This document shows, piece by piece, positions 16,917 through 25,537 of a stretch of 64,000 nucleotides of DNA. The position numbers were made by a program, and so were the translations under genes. The stretch covers positions 586 through 64,585 of the forward strand of contig CACIED010000005.1 of NCBI GenBank assembly GCA_902585605.1, in the 5' to 3' direction. Below the pieces are notes generated by a model. The model made no database searches. It had not been told where the DNA came from and worked only from the letters and a program-made list of their open reading frames with translations. The stretch's first letter is position 1; each line of letters opens with the position of its first letter. Source of the DNA: an uncultured Alphaproteobacteria bacterium (lineage in GTDB: Bacteria; Pseudomonadota; Alphaproteobacteria; HIMB59; GCA-002718135).

Positions 16917-18165
16917 ATTAATAATAAAGGGCAATGCTAAAATCTCAGGCGCAGTTAATGTTCATGGGTCAAAAAATTCTGCACTTCCTATAATAGTATC
17001 CTCTCTTTTATCCGAAAATACTCTAAAACTTTCAAATGTACCTAATGTAGTTGATGTATTAAATTTAATAAAATTACTAAAAAATTATGGTGTTAAAATT
17101 GAATATAAAAAAGATAAACTAAAAATAAACCCAAAAAAAATAAAAAATTTATCAGCAGATTATGATGTTGTAAGAAAAATGAGAGCCTCTATTTTAATAC
17201 TAGGACCTTTACTTTCTCGATTTGGTGATGCCAGAATATCTCTACCAGGAGGGTGTGCAATTGGAACTAGACCAATAGATATACACCTCCAAGGTTTAAC
17301 AAAGCTAGGAGCTAATTTTGAAATTCAAAGTGGTTTTGTTGTTGGTACTGTGAAATCGCAATTAGTTGGAAATAAAATTAAATTACCTTTTCCAAGTGTT
17401 GGTGCAACTGAAAATATACTTATGGCTTCTGTGTTAGCAAAAGGTGAGACTAAGATTTCAAATGCTGCCAGAGAACCAGAAATAGAAGATTTATCAAACT
17501 GTCTTAATAAAATGGGAGCAAAGATTACAGGACATGGATCAAAAACTATTTATGTGCAAGGAGTTACAAATTTAAAAAAAGCAGAGCATGAGATAATCTC
17601 TGATAGAATTGTAGCTGGTACATATATAATTGCAGCCTTAATGTTAAATTCAAGTTTAGAAATCAAAAACTTTAATACCATTTATTTAAAATCTTTAATT
17701 AATATTTTAAAAAAAATGGGTGCAAAATTAAAAGTAAGCAAAAATTCAATAAAAGTTCTTAAAGGATCAAAACTAAAATCAACTAGTCTTTCAACTAGTC
17801 CTTATCCTGGTTTCCCCTCTGATTTACAAGCTCAGTTAATGTCACTCATGTGCCTCTCAGATGGAAAATCAAAAATTAAAGAAACAATTTTTGAAAATAG
17901 ATTTATGCATGTTCCTGAATTGAATCGATTAGGTGCAAAAATTACAGTAGAAAAAGACACAGCTACAATAATAGGTAATCAAACATTTAAAGGAGCGCAG
18001 GTAATGGCTAGTGATTTACGAGCTAGTGTAAGTTTAGTGCTAGCCGCTATGAATGCAAGTGGTCAAACAACATTAAATCGCGTTTATCATCTTGATAGAG
18101 GATACGAAAATATAGAAAAAACATTAGGTAGTTTGGGTGTAAAAATAAAAAGGCAGAAAAACTAA
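16909..18165 (+). CDS. murA: UDP-N-acetylglucosamine 1-carboxyvinyltransferase
   Basis: 418 aa; KISGAVNVHGSKNSALPI, LPGGCAIGTRPID (active-site Cys), RFMHVPELNRLGA. Confidence 0.95.
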   Translation: MDKLIIKGNAKISGAVNVHGSKNSALPIIVSSLLSENTLKLSNVPNVVDVLNLIKLLKNYGVKIEYKKDKLKINPKKIKNLSADYDVVRKMRASILILGPLLSRFGDARISLPGGCAIGTRPIDIHLQGLTKLGANFEIQSGFVVGTVKSQLVGNKIKLPFPSVGATENILMASVLAKGETKISNAAREPEIEDLSNCLNKMGAKITGHGSKTIYVQGVTNLKKAEHEIISDRIVAGTYIIAALMLNSSLEIKNFNTIYLKSLINILKKMGAKLKVSKNSIKVLKGSKLKSTSLSTSPYPGFPSDLQAQLMSLMCLSDGKSKIKETIFENRFMHVPELNRLGAKITVEKDTATIIGNQTFKGAQVMASDLRASVSLVLAAMNASGQTTLNRVYHLDRGYENIEKTLGSLGVKIKRQKN

Positions 18166-18211
18166 CTTTTTCTAGTCTTTTCTTTGTTCACAATATAAAA
18201 GCCCGCATTTT

Positions 18212-18859
18212 ATGAGCAAGATAGTCATTGCAGTACCTAGAGGCAGAATTACGAAAGAATGTAAAAACTTGTTACTTAAAACAAGTTTTGCTCCTGATCC
18301 TTTACTATTCGATAAAGATACAAGAAAATTAACTTTTAAATCTAAAAAAAGAAATGTTGAATATATAAAAGTAAGAGCCTTTGATGCGTGTACTTTTGTT
18401 GCATTTGGAGCAGCACAAATTGGTATAGCTGGTGAAGATGTAATTAATGAATTTAATTATTCTGAAATATATGCTCCACTTGATTTAAATATTGGTCATT
18501 GTCGAATTTCTGTAGCTGCTCTTAAATCATTATTAAAAAAAGAGGATCCAGAAACATGGAGTAATATAAGAATTGCTTCTAAATACCCAAATATTACTAA
18601 AAAATTTTTCTATAATAAGGGTATCCAGGTTGAAATTATAAAATTAAGTGGCTCTATGGAATTAGCTCCGTCTTTAAACATGTGTAGAAGAATTGTAGAT
18701 TTGGTTTCTACCGGAAAAACATTGAAAGAGAATGGTTTGGTAGAAATTGAAGAAATAATGAAAATTCAATCTAAATTAATTGTAAATAGATCTGCATATA
18801 AGACAAATATGAATGAGGTTTCAAAAATTATTTCTGAAATAGGTACTTTTGTTAAATGA
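18212..18859 (+). CDS. hisG: ATP phosphoribosyltransferase, short (HisZ-dependent) form
   Basis: 215 aa; IAVPRGRI, RIASKYPNITKKFF, DLVSTGKTLKENGL. Confidence 0.9.
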   Translation: MSKIVIAVPRGRITKECKNLLLKTSFAPDPLLFDKDTRKLTFKSKKRNVEYIKVRAFDACTFVAFGAAQIGIAGEDVINEFNYSEIYAPLDLNIGHCRISVAALKSLLKKEDPETWSNIRIASKYPNITKKFFYNKGIQVEIIKLSGSMELAPSLNMCRRIVDLVSTGKTLKENGLVEIEEIMKIQSKLIVNRSAYKTNMNEVSKIISEIGTFVK

Positions 18860-20136
18860 AAATAATAAAATTTAATAAAAATTTTTATAATCAATTTCAG
18901 ACAAAGATTGAAAAAAGAAATTCATTATCAAGTAAGTTAATTCAAGAAGATGTAAAAAAAATTATTTATGATGTAAAAAAAAATGGAGATAAATCTTTAA
19001 TTAAATTCGCCGCAAAATTTGATAAAGTTAAAATTAGTAAACAAGATCTTAGTTTAGATTTATCTAAAATAAAAATACAATCTAAAGTTGAGCCACAAAT
19101 ATTTAATAGTTTTAAAAAAGCTATAAAAAATATTTCATCATTTCACAAAAAACAATTACCTAAAAATATTATCTACACTAATAATGGTGCAACATTGAAA
19201 TCCTTATGGAAACCTATTGATTCAGTTGGCTTGTACGTACCTGGAGGAAGAGCATTTTATCCCTCATCTTTAATTATGAATGCAATACCTGCAATCATAG
19301 CTGGAGTAAAAAGAATTGTTTGTATAACACCACCAACTAAATCAATTAATCCATATTTTATAAAATTAATCAAAGAATTAGGTATTAAAGAAACATATTT
19401 TGTAGGAGGAGCCCAAGCTATAAGTGCGCTAACGTTTGGCACTCAAACTATTAAGCCAGTAAATAAAATATTTGGACCTGGTAATGCTTATGTAGCAGAA
19501 GCAAAAAAACAATTGTATGGAAAAGTAGGTATAGATTTACTAGCAGGACCATCTGAAATAATAGTGGTTGCAAACAATAATAATAATCCAGATTGGGTAG
19601 CTTCAGATCTAATAGCTCAAGCAGAACATGATGAAAATGCACAATCAATTTTAATTACGGATAATAAAGATTTTGCAACTAAAGTCTTAAGTTCAATTAA
19701 AAAAATTAAAAATGATTTATCAAAAAAGAAAATAATTGAAAAAAGTTTATTTAATAATGGAATTATTGTTTTAGTCGATAATATAGAACTAGCTTCACAA
19801 ATCATAAATTTTGTTGCACCAGAACATTTACATATTCATATTTCTAATAATAAAAAATTATTATCGAACATCAATAATGCTGGCGGTATATTTTTAGGTG
19901 AATATTCTGTCGAAGCTTTTGGCGATTATATTGTAGGCACTAACCATGTATTGCCTACATCAGGAGCAGCAAAATTTTCATCAGGTCTAGGTGTTTTAGA
20001 TTTTATGAAAAGAAGTTCTGTAGTTGAGATGAATAAAAAATCTTTTAATACTCTTTCAGAGGATACACAAAAAATGTCCAGACTTGAAGGTCTAGATGGT
20101 CATAAATTGTCAGTTAAAATTAGACAAAAGAAATAA
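18856..20136 (+). CDS. hisD: Histidinol dehydrogenase
   Basis: 426 aa; AGPSEI.VVA, DLIAQAEHD, APEHLHI, GDY..GTNHVLPT. Overlaps hisG by 4 nt. Confidence 0.95.
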   Translation: MKIIKFNKNFYNQFQTKIEKRNSLSSKLIQEDVKKIIYDVKKNGDKSLIKFAAKFDKVKISKQDLSLDLSKIKIQSKVEPQIFNSFKKAIKNISSFHKKQLPKNIIYTNNGATLKSLWKPIDSVGLYVPGGRAFYPSSLIMNAIPAIIAGVKRIVCITPPTKSINPYFIKLIKELGIKETYFVGGAQAISALTFGTQTIKPVNKIFGPGNAYVAEAKKQLYGKVGIDLLAGPSEIIVVANNNNNPDWVASDLIAQAEHDENAQSILITDNKDFATKVLSSIKKIKNDLSKKKIIEKSLFNNGIIVLVDNIELASQIINFVAPEHLHIHISNNKKLLSNINNAGGIFLGEYSVEAFGDYIVGTNHVLPTSGAAKFSSGLGVLDFMKRSSVVEMNKKSFNTLSEDTQKMSRLEGLDGHKLSVKIRQKK

Positions 20137-20160
20137 ATTTTACTATAAGTTTATAAAAAT

Positions 20161-20379
20161 ATGCCAAAAGAAGGATCGATTGAATTTCAAGGAGTAGTAT
20201 TAGAACTTCTTCCAAATGCAATGTTTAAAGTAAAATTAGAAAATGATCATGAAATTCTAGCACACTCGTCAGGAAAAATGAGAAAAAATAGAATCAGAGT
20301 ATTAGCTGGTGATAAAGTGACAGTAGAAATGACACCTTATGATTTAACAAAAGGTAGAATTACTTTTAGATGGAAGTAA
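20161..20379 (+). CDS. infA: Translation initiation factor IF-1
   Basis: 72 aa; canonical IF-1 sequence ([43 protein letters not shown]). Confidence 0.95.
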   Translation: MPKEGSIEFQGVVLELLPNAMFKVKLENDHEILAHSSGKMRKNRIRVLAGDKVTVEMTPYDLTKGRITFRWK

Positions 20380-20549
20380 AAAAATCCAAAAAAAATAATA
20401 TTATTTCATTAAAAAAAAATTCTAAATGCCCTACATGTAAAAAGATTTCTAGAGAACCTTTTATACCTTTTTGTTCAAAAAAATGTGCCAATCTTGATTT
20501 AATGAAATGGCTTACAGATGAACATGGATTGCAAATAAAATCTGATTAA
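20370..20549 (+). CDS. yacG: DNA gyrase inhibitor YacG (zinc finger), 59 aa, missing from the ORF track
   Basis: [62 protein letters not shown]. The CPTC..(x)..PFCS..C...DL..W pattern matches YacG. The ATG overlaps the infA 3' end by 10 nt. Confidence 0.75.
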   Translation: MEVKKSKKNNIISLKKNSKCPTCKKISREPFIPFCSKKCANLDLMKWLTDEHGLQIKSD

Positions 20550-20601
20550 ATTTCCTATTTTTAATTGAATTTAATTATAAATACTTTATCTGATGTTTTG
20601 T

Positions 20602-20677
<76 letters not shown>

Positions 20678-20900
20678 CTTTTTTTTACTTTTTTTTGAGG
20701 GTAACTTTTTTGCTTTTGCAAAGATAAACTACACAGCTTTTATTAGAGAAAAGTCTAAGTTTTGATAATTTTTGGTTAGTTAACTAGGTCTTCAATGTTA
20801 CCTTTTATTACCCTCGAAATGTTTTGTTTTATTTACGCTATTTAATCCTACAATTCTTCAAAATTAGACTCTTAAAAAATTTGTGTTAAAGTGTTCTAAT

Positions 20901-21875
20901 ATGACTAAAAAAATTTTAGTTTTTTCAAATGGTGAAAAAATTGGAGATGGAATAATCAAATTACAACTTCTTCACGAAATTAAAACAAGACTTCCAGACT
21001 ATAAATTATATTGGCTTACAAATAAGGGTAAAACTGTTTATTCAAATACCCTTAAATTCTTTGCAAGTAATTATATTGATGAGATTCTTGATCAAGCAAA
21101 TCTTAGTCCATTTTTTTGGAATAAAATATCAAAAAAATATAATTTAGAGAGTGATTTTTTTGATTATATATTAGATACACAAAAATCAGTAATAAGAACC
21201 ATAGCATTAAAACGAATCAAGCATAAAAATTTTATTTCTGGATCAGCTAATGGTTTTTTTTCTTCTAAAAAAATTAAAAATAATAAGAATAGAAAGTATT
21301 ATTTAAACTACATTTTAGATTTATTAGATTTAATAGTTTCTAAAAAAAATAGAAGTGATTTTAAAATTCCAATAAGTGAAAATCTCGAAAGAAAAATAAG
21401 TAATATTTTATTAAAACAAAAAAGCTATGTAGGAATTGCACCTGGTGCAGGTGAAATAAATAAGATTTGGTCTTTAGAAAAATACATCGAGTTATGTAAC
21501 TATCTTCAAGGAAATAATAAGACTATAGTTTTTTTTATTGGACCTGACGAATTATATTTAAAAGAAAAATTAAAAAATCTTTATCCTTCCTCAATATTTA
21601 TTGAGGATCATATTACTGGATATCAAAATATAGAAATTATTATGGCAACAACTAAATATTTACAATTGGCTATTTCAAATGATAGTGGTGTTAGTCATAT
21701 GTTATCAACTGGATATTGCCCATTAATTAAACTCTTTGGTCCAAAAGATTCTACAAAATTTACTCCGGAAAATCCAAATCTATTTTCTATATCTTCAAGT
21801 GATTTTAACTCAAAAAATATCAATAAAATACCTGTCTCTAGAGTGATTGAAGAAATAGAAAAAGTTCTGATTTAA
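20901..21875 (+). CDS. Glycosyltransferase family 9 (heptosyltransferase-like)
   Basis: GIAPGAGE..K.W, ISNDSGVSHM and an N-terminal ILVFS..KIGDG pattern are typical of GT9. The ATG at 20901 is preferred over the track's GTG at 20883. Confidence 0.75.
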   Translation: MTKKILVFSNGEKIGDGIIKLQLLHEIKTRLPDYKLYWLTNKGKTVYSNTLKFFASNYIDEILDQANLSPFFWNKISKKYNLESDFFDYILDTQKSVIRTIALKRIKHKNFISGSANGFFSSKKIKNNKNRKYYLNYILDLLDLIVSKKNRSDFKIPISENLERKISNILLKQKSYVGIAPGAGEINKIWSLEKYIELCNYLQGNNKTIVFFIGPDELYLKEKLKNLYPSSIFIEDHITGYQNIEIIMATTKYLQLAISNDSGVSHMLSTGYCPLIKLFGPKDSTKFTPENPNLFSISSSDFNSKNINKIPVSRVIEEIEKVLI

Positions 21876-21897
21876 AATTTCATACATTAGAAGGTAG

Positions 21898-21931
21898 ACA
21901 AGTATATTTTTCATCATTACTTGTTTAGTTT
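21898..21931 (+). terminator. Possible intrinsic terminator after the GT9 gene
   Basis: ACAAGTA-13 nt-TACTTGT hairpin followed by TTAGTTTTTT. The stem is AT-rich, so the call is weak. Confidence 0.35.
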
Positions 21932-21934
21932 TTT

Positions 21935-22642
21935 ATGTTTAAATTTGATAAGCTTGTATTTGGAGATGCAGGGTGGGGCGATGAATTTCTTATTGCAACA
22001 CTCATGACTCTACTAGTAAGCATTTTATCAATGGGGTTGGGTCTTTTTTTAGCAATTATTACAGTTTGGGCAAAGATAATACAAAACAGAATAACAAGAT
22101 TTATTGCAAATTTTTATACGACAGTAATAAGAGGTGTTCCTGAATTATTAGTTATTTATCTAATTTTCTTTGGCGGCAATGCTGTTGTTATGAGTATAGC
22201 TAAAGTATTTGGATATAATAAATATATAGAACTAAACGCACTTACAATTGCGACAATTGCCATTGCAGTAATATCAGCTACATATTCGAGTGAAGTTTTA
22301 AGAGCTTCTTATTTGGCTATATCTAAGGGTCAAATAGAAGCTGCAAGAGCACTGGGTATGAATAAATTTAGTATTTTTTTTAAAGTTATTTCACCTCAAG
22401 TTATTAGACATGCCTTACCGGGAATAGGGAATGTATGGCAAATAACTCTTAAAGATACTTCGCTCATTTCCGTAACTGGTCTTGTTGAAATTATGCGTCA
22501 ATCTAGAATATCTTCTAACGTTGAGCATTCACCTTTAACTTTCTTAATAACAGCCGCAATATTATATTTATGTTTAACAACAATCTCTGGCAGGGTTTTT
22601 AAAACGTTAGAAGTAAATTATTCAAAAGGATTTTCGACATGA
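21935..22642 (+). CDS. Polar amino-acid/opine ABC transporter permease (HisQ/OccQ-like)
   Basis: 235 aa, 5 TM, EAA loop IEAARALGMNKFSIFFKVISPQ. Confidence 0.85.
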   Translation: MFKFDKLVFGDAGWGDEFLIATLMTLLVSILSMGLGLFLAIITVWAKIIQNRITRFIANFYTTVIRGVPELLVIYLIFFGGNAVVMSIAKVFGYNKYIELNALTIATIAIAVISATYSSEVLRASYLAISKGQIEAARALGMNKFSIFFKVISPQVIRHALPGIGNVWQITLKDTSLISVTGLVEIMRQSRISSNVEHSPLTFLITAAILYLCLTTISGRVFKTLEVNYSKGFST

Positions 22643-23349
22643 TTGAATTTTTAAATAGTATTCAAAATTCTCTAATTTATAAAAATTTCTTTTTGGTCCT
22701 ATCTGGCTTAGATAATACAATTTTATTATTATTAATTTCATTACCAGTTGGTTTTGTTTTAGCATTATTATTTGCTCTAGGAAGAGTTTCTAAAATTGCA
22801 TTATTATCAAGAACAATTGCTAGTTATATTTTTGTCATTAGAGGAACCCCTTTACTTGTTCAAATATATTTAATTTATTTTGGTTTAGGTTCAGTAAAAT
22901 TTATTCGAGAAAGTTTTTTATGGTACGCATTGAAAGAACCATTTTGGTGCGGAGTAATAGCACTTACAATTAATACTGTTGCATATGGAGCAGAAATTTT
23001 TCGAGGTGGTATTCAATCAATTGAGAAAAGTCAGGTTGAATCAGGCCTATCTCTTGGGTTTGGAAAATTTTTACTTTTAAGAAAAATTATTCTACCTATA
23101 GCTATACGAAAAGTTCTACCGTCTTACGGTAATGAATTAATACTAATGGTTAAAGCAACCTCTTTAGTTAGTTTGACAACCTACATGGAAATGACAGGTA
23201 TTGCTAGAAAGATAATGGCTAAAACATTTGCACCTGTTGAAGCATTTATTGCTGCAGGAATTCTTTATCTTTTTTTAAATTTTCTAATGGTTCAATTTGT
23301 TAAATATTTAGAATGGAAATATAATCCACACTTAAGATTAAATAATTAA
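22639..23349 (+). CDS. Polar amino-acid/opine ABC transporter permease (HisM/OccM-like)
   Basis: 236 aa, EAA-type loop VESGLSLGFGKFLLLRKIILP. Overlaps the upstream permease by 4 nt. Confidence 0.85.
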   Translation: MIEFLNSIQNSLIYKNFFLVLSGLDNTILLLLISLPVGFVLALLFALGRVSKIALLSRTIASYIFVIRGTPLLVQIYLIYFGLGSVKFIRESFLWYALKEPFWCGVIALTINTVAYGAEIFRGGIQSIEKSQVESGLSLGFGKFLLLRKIILPIAIRKVLPSYGNELILMVKATSLVSLTTYMEMTGIARKIMAKTFAPVEAFIAAGILYLFLNFLMVQFVKYLEWKYNPHLRLNN

Positions 23350-23795
23350 TTTCTAAATTTTTTATGACAAGTGCTGCAATTTGCAGCCATTGCTTTAATA
23401 GCATCACTTATCATCTCTTTATCTTCTAATTCTATACTTAAAGATATCATTTCGATATCATCTACAAAGTTTTGGTTATATTCATTAAATGTCTCACGAT
23501 CACTCCAAATATTATCACTAGCTCCTTCTGCTTGACTATTTTCAGGATAAAAATCTTTAAATTCAGATGCTGAGTGAAGAAGAGTTTCATTAAGCTCTAA
23601 CATTTCCTCATATTGATCTGAATTTATTAATCTGTAAAGTTTCGATGATGTGCTTTTTATTTTTTGCATTATTGCCATTCTTTCGTTAACAATCTTTTCT
23701 AACGATTTGTCCTCTAAAGTTACTTTGTGAGCTAGAACATATAAAGGAATGAATGAAATTAAAGTACTTATTGTTATTTTAAAGAATATACCCAT
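23346..23795 (-). CDS. Class II c-type cytochrome (cytochrome c'/c-556-like four-helix bundle)
   Basis: N-terminal signal/anchor, a single CxxCH (CSTCH) 10 residues from the C-terminus, and an R..M..M segment near the N-terminus that could supply a Met ligand. Confidence 0.7.
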   Translation of the reverse strand: MGIFFKITISTLISFIPLYVLAHKVTLEDKSLEKIVNERMAIMQKIKSTSSKLYRLINSDQYEEMLELNETLLHSASEFKDFYPENSQAEGASDNIWSDRETFNEYNQNFVDDIEMISLSIELEDKEMISDAIKAMAANCSTCHKKFRN

Positions 23796-24672
23796 TTTTT
23801 GTTATTATATTATGCAAGTAGTTATGTCCTAATTTTGCATATTCAAGAGGGTTTGCTTTTTTAGGATCCTGCTCAGCTTCAATAATTAACCATTCCTGAT
23901 ATTTTGCCTCATATAGTATCTTAATTAATGGATCGTAATCGATGCAACCATCTCCTGGAACAGTGAAAACACCATCTAAAAAAGACTCTCTAAAACTTAA
24001 GTCATCTTTAATAGATTTTAAAAAAACATCTTTTCTAATATCTTTACAATGAACATGGTTAATTCGAGAAATATAATTTTTTAATACTCTTTCGTAATTT
24101 GCTTCGGCAAACATTAAGTGTCCACTATCGTAAAGCAAAAATGTATTTTGATTTGTCATATCCATAAATCGATCTACATCTTCCTCGGACTGTATAATAG
24201 TTCCCATATGCTCATGATACGACATTGGCATTCCTTCATCCATCAGCATATCAGATAATTCACTGATTTTTTTGCAATAACTATCCCATTCATCTTTTTC
24301 AAGTATTGGTCTTTTACTAAGAGCTTTTGATTGATCGCCTTGGATTGAACCAGATACATCAGCAAAAACAAAAACATCTGCATTAATTAACTTTAATAAA
24401 TTTAAATGATCTTGAAGAGCTATCCATTCTTCTTTTACACTTCTTTCTCTAAGCATTGCGCCATACCAACCACCTGGCATTTTTAAATTAAATTTTTCTA
24501 AAAGAAATTTTGTTATTCCAGGGTTTCTTGGAAATTTTCCACCTAATTCAATACCTGTAAATCCAGATGTGCTTGCATCCTCTAAACATTTTTCAATAGG
24601 AGTGTCACCCCCTAGTTCTGGCATATCATCATTGCTCCAGGCAATAGGCGCGATACCTAGTTTAATTTTCAT
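23779..24672 (-). CDS. Xylose-isomerase-like TIM-barrel protein, IolE (inosose dehydratase)-like
   Basis: The N-terminus KLGIAPIAWSNDDMPELGGDTP closely resembles IolE proteins; 297 aa. Confidence 0.65.
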   Translation of the reverse strand: MKIKLGIAPIAWSNDDMPELGGDTPIEKCLEDASTSGFTGIELGGKFPRNPGITKFLLEKFNLKMPGGWYGAMLRERSVKEEWIALQDHLNLLKLINADVFVFADVSGSIQGDQSKALSKRPILEKDEWDSYCKKISELSDMLMDEGMPMSYHEHMGTIIQSEEDVDRFMDMTNQNTFLLYDSGHLMFAEANYERVLKNYISRINHVHCKDIRKDVFLKSIKDDLSFRESFLDGVFTVPGDGCIDYDPLIKILYEAKYQEWLIIEAEQDPKKANPLEYAKLGHNYLHNIITKNGYIL

Positions 24673-24715
24673 GAAGTTTTACATATTTCATGATAGATGA
24701 AAAATAAAGATAAAT

Positions 24716-25537
24716 ATGAACATATTATTAGTCGATGGAAATGAAAAAGAAGCTTCTGATCGATATACAAAATTGGGTATGGATACTCAATTTCAAGTAT
24801 ATGAAAAAATTTTAAAAAAATATTCTAGTTCAACTATCAATATTACAACAATTCATCCTGCTGTTCATAATAACTACCTTCCTTTAGGCATAAGTCTTGA
24901 CGATTTCGAAGCGGTTGCTTGGACAGGAAGCCTACTTAATATATATAACATGACAAAATCCATAACTAATCAAATAGATTTAGCTAAAGAATTATTTAAA
25001 AAAAAGAATAAAATATTTGGTAGTTGTTGGGGGCTTCAGGTTTTAGTAACTGCCGCAGGAGGTAAAGTAAGAAAAAATCCAAAAGGCCTTGAAGCAGTTT
25101 TAGCTAAAAATATTACATTAAATCAAGATGGTGAAATTCATCCCATGTATAAAAACAAAAAAAAATCATTTAATGCACTCTGTTGGCATTATGATGAAGC
25201 AGAAAAGCTTCCAAAAGAAACTAAGGTACTAGCCTCAAATAAGATCAGTCAATTCCAATCTATAAGCTTTGAAGTAAATCAATCAAGTGTTTGGGCAGTG
25301 CAATACCATCCAGAATTTAATTCAAAATGGATGGCCAGACTTATGGAAATGAGAAAAGATATTTTGTTGGAACAAAAAGTATATGAAAATTTATCAGAAT
25401 ATGAAAACGAAAAAATGATTTTACAAAACCCTGATAATCTTGAGAAAAAAGAATTACATATATATGATGATGTAGTTGATGAAGAAATCCATTCTTTAGA
25501 ACTTTCAAATTGGTTAAATCTTAATAAAAATTATTGA
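24716..25537 (+). CDS. Class I glutamine amidotransferase-like protein
   Basis: Nucleophile elbow FGSCWGLQV and VQYHPEF (His/Glu) motifs. Confidence 0.75.
   Translation: MNILLVDGNEKEASDRYTKLGMDTQFQVYEKILKKYSSSTINITTIHPAVHNNYLPLGISLDDFEAVAWTGSLLNIYNMTKSITNQIDLAKELFKKKNKIFGSCWGLQVLVTAAGGKVRKNPKGLEAVLAKNITLNQDGEIHPMYKNKKKSFNALCWHYDEAEKLPKETKVLASNKISQFQSISFEVNQSSVWAVQYHPEFNSKWMARLMEMRKDILLEQKVYENLSEYENEKMILQNPDNLEKKELHIYDDVVDEEIHSLELSNWLNLNKNY

Noticed and set aside
18212-18859. Short-form hisG without an adjacent hisZ as an anomaly.
   Set aside because: HisZ is commonly encoded elsewhere in alphaproteobacteria, so its absence from this window is uninformative.
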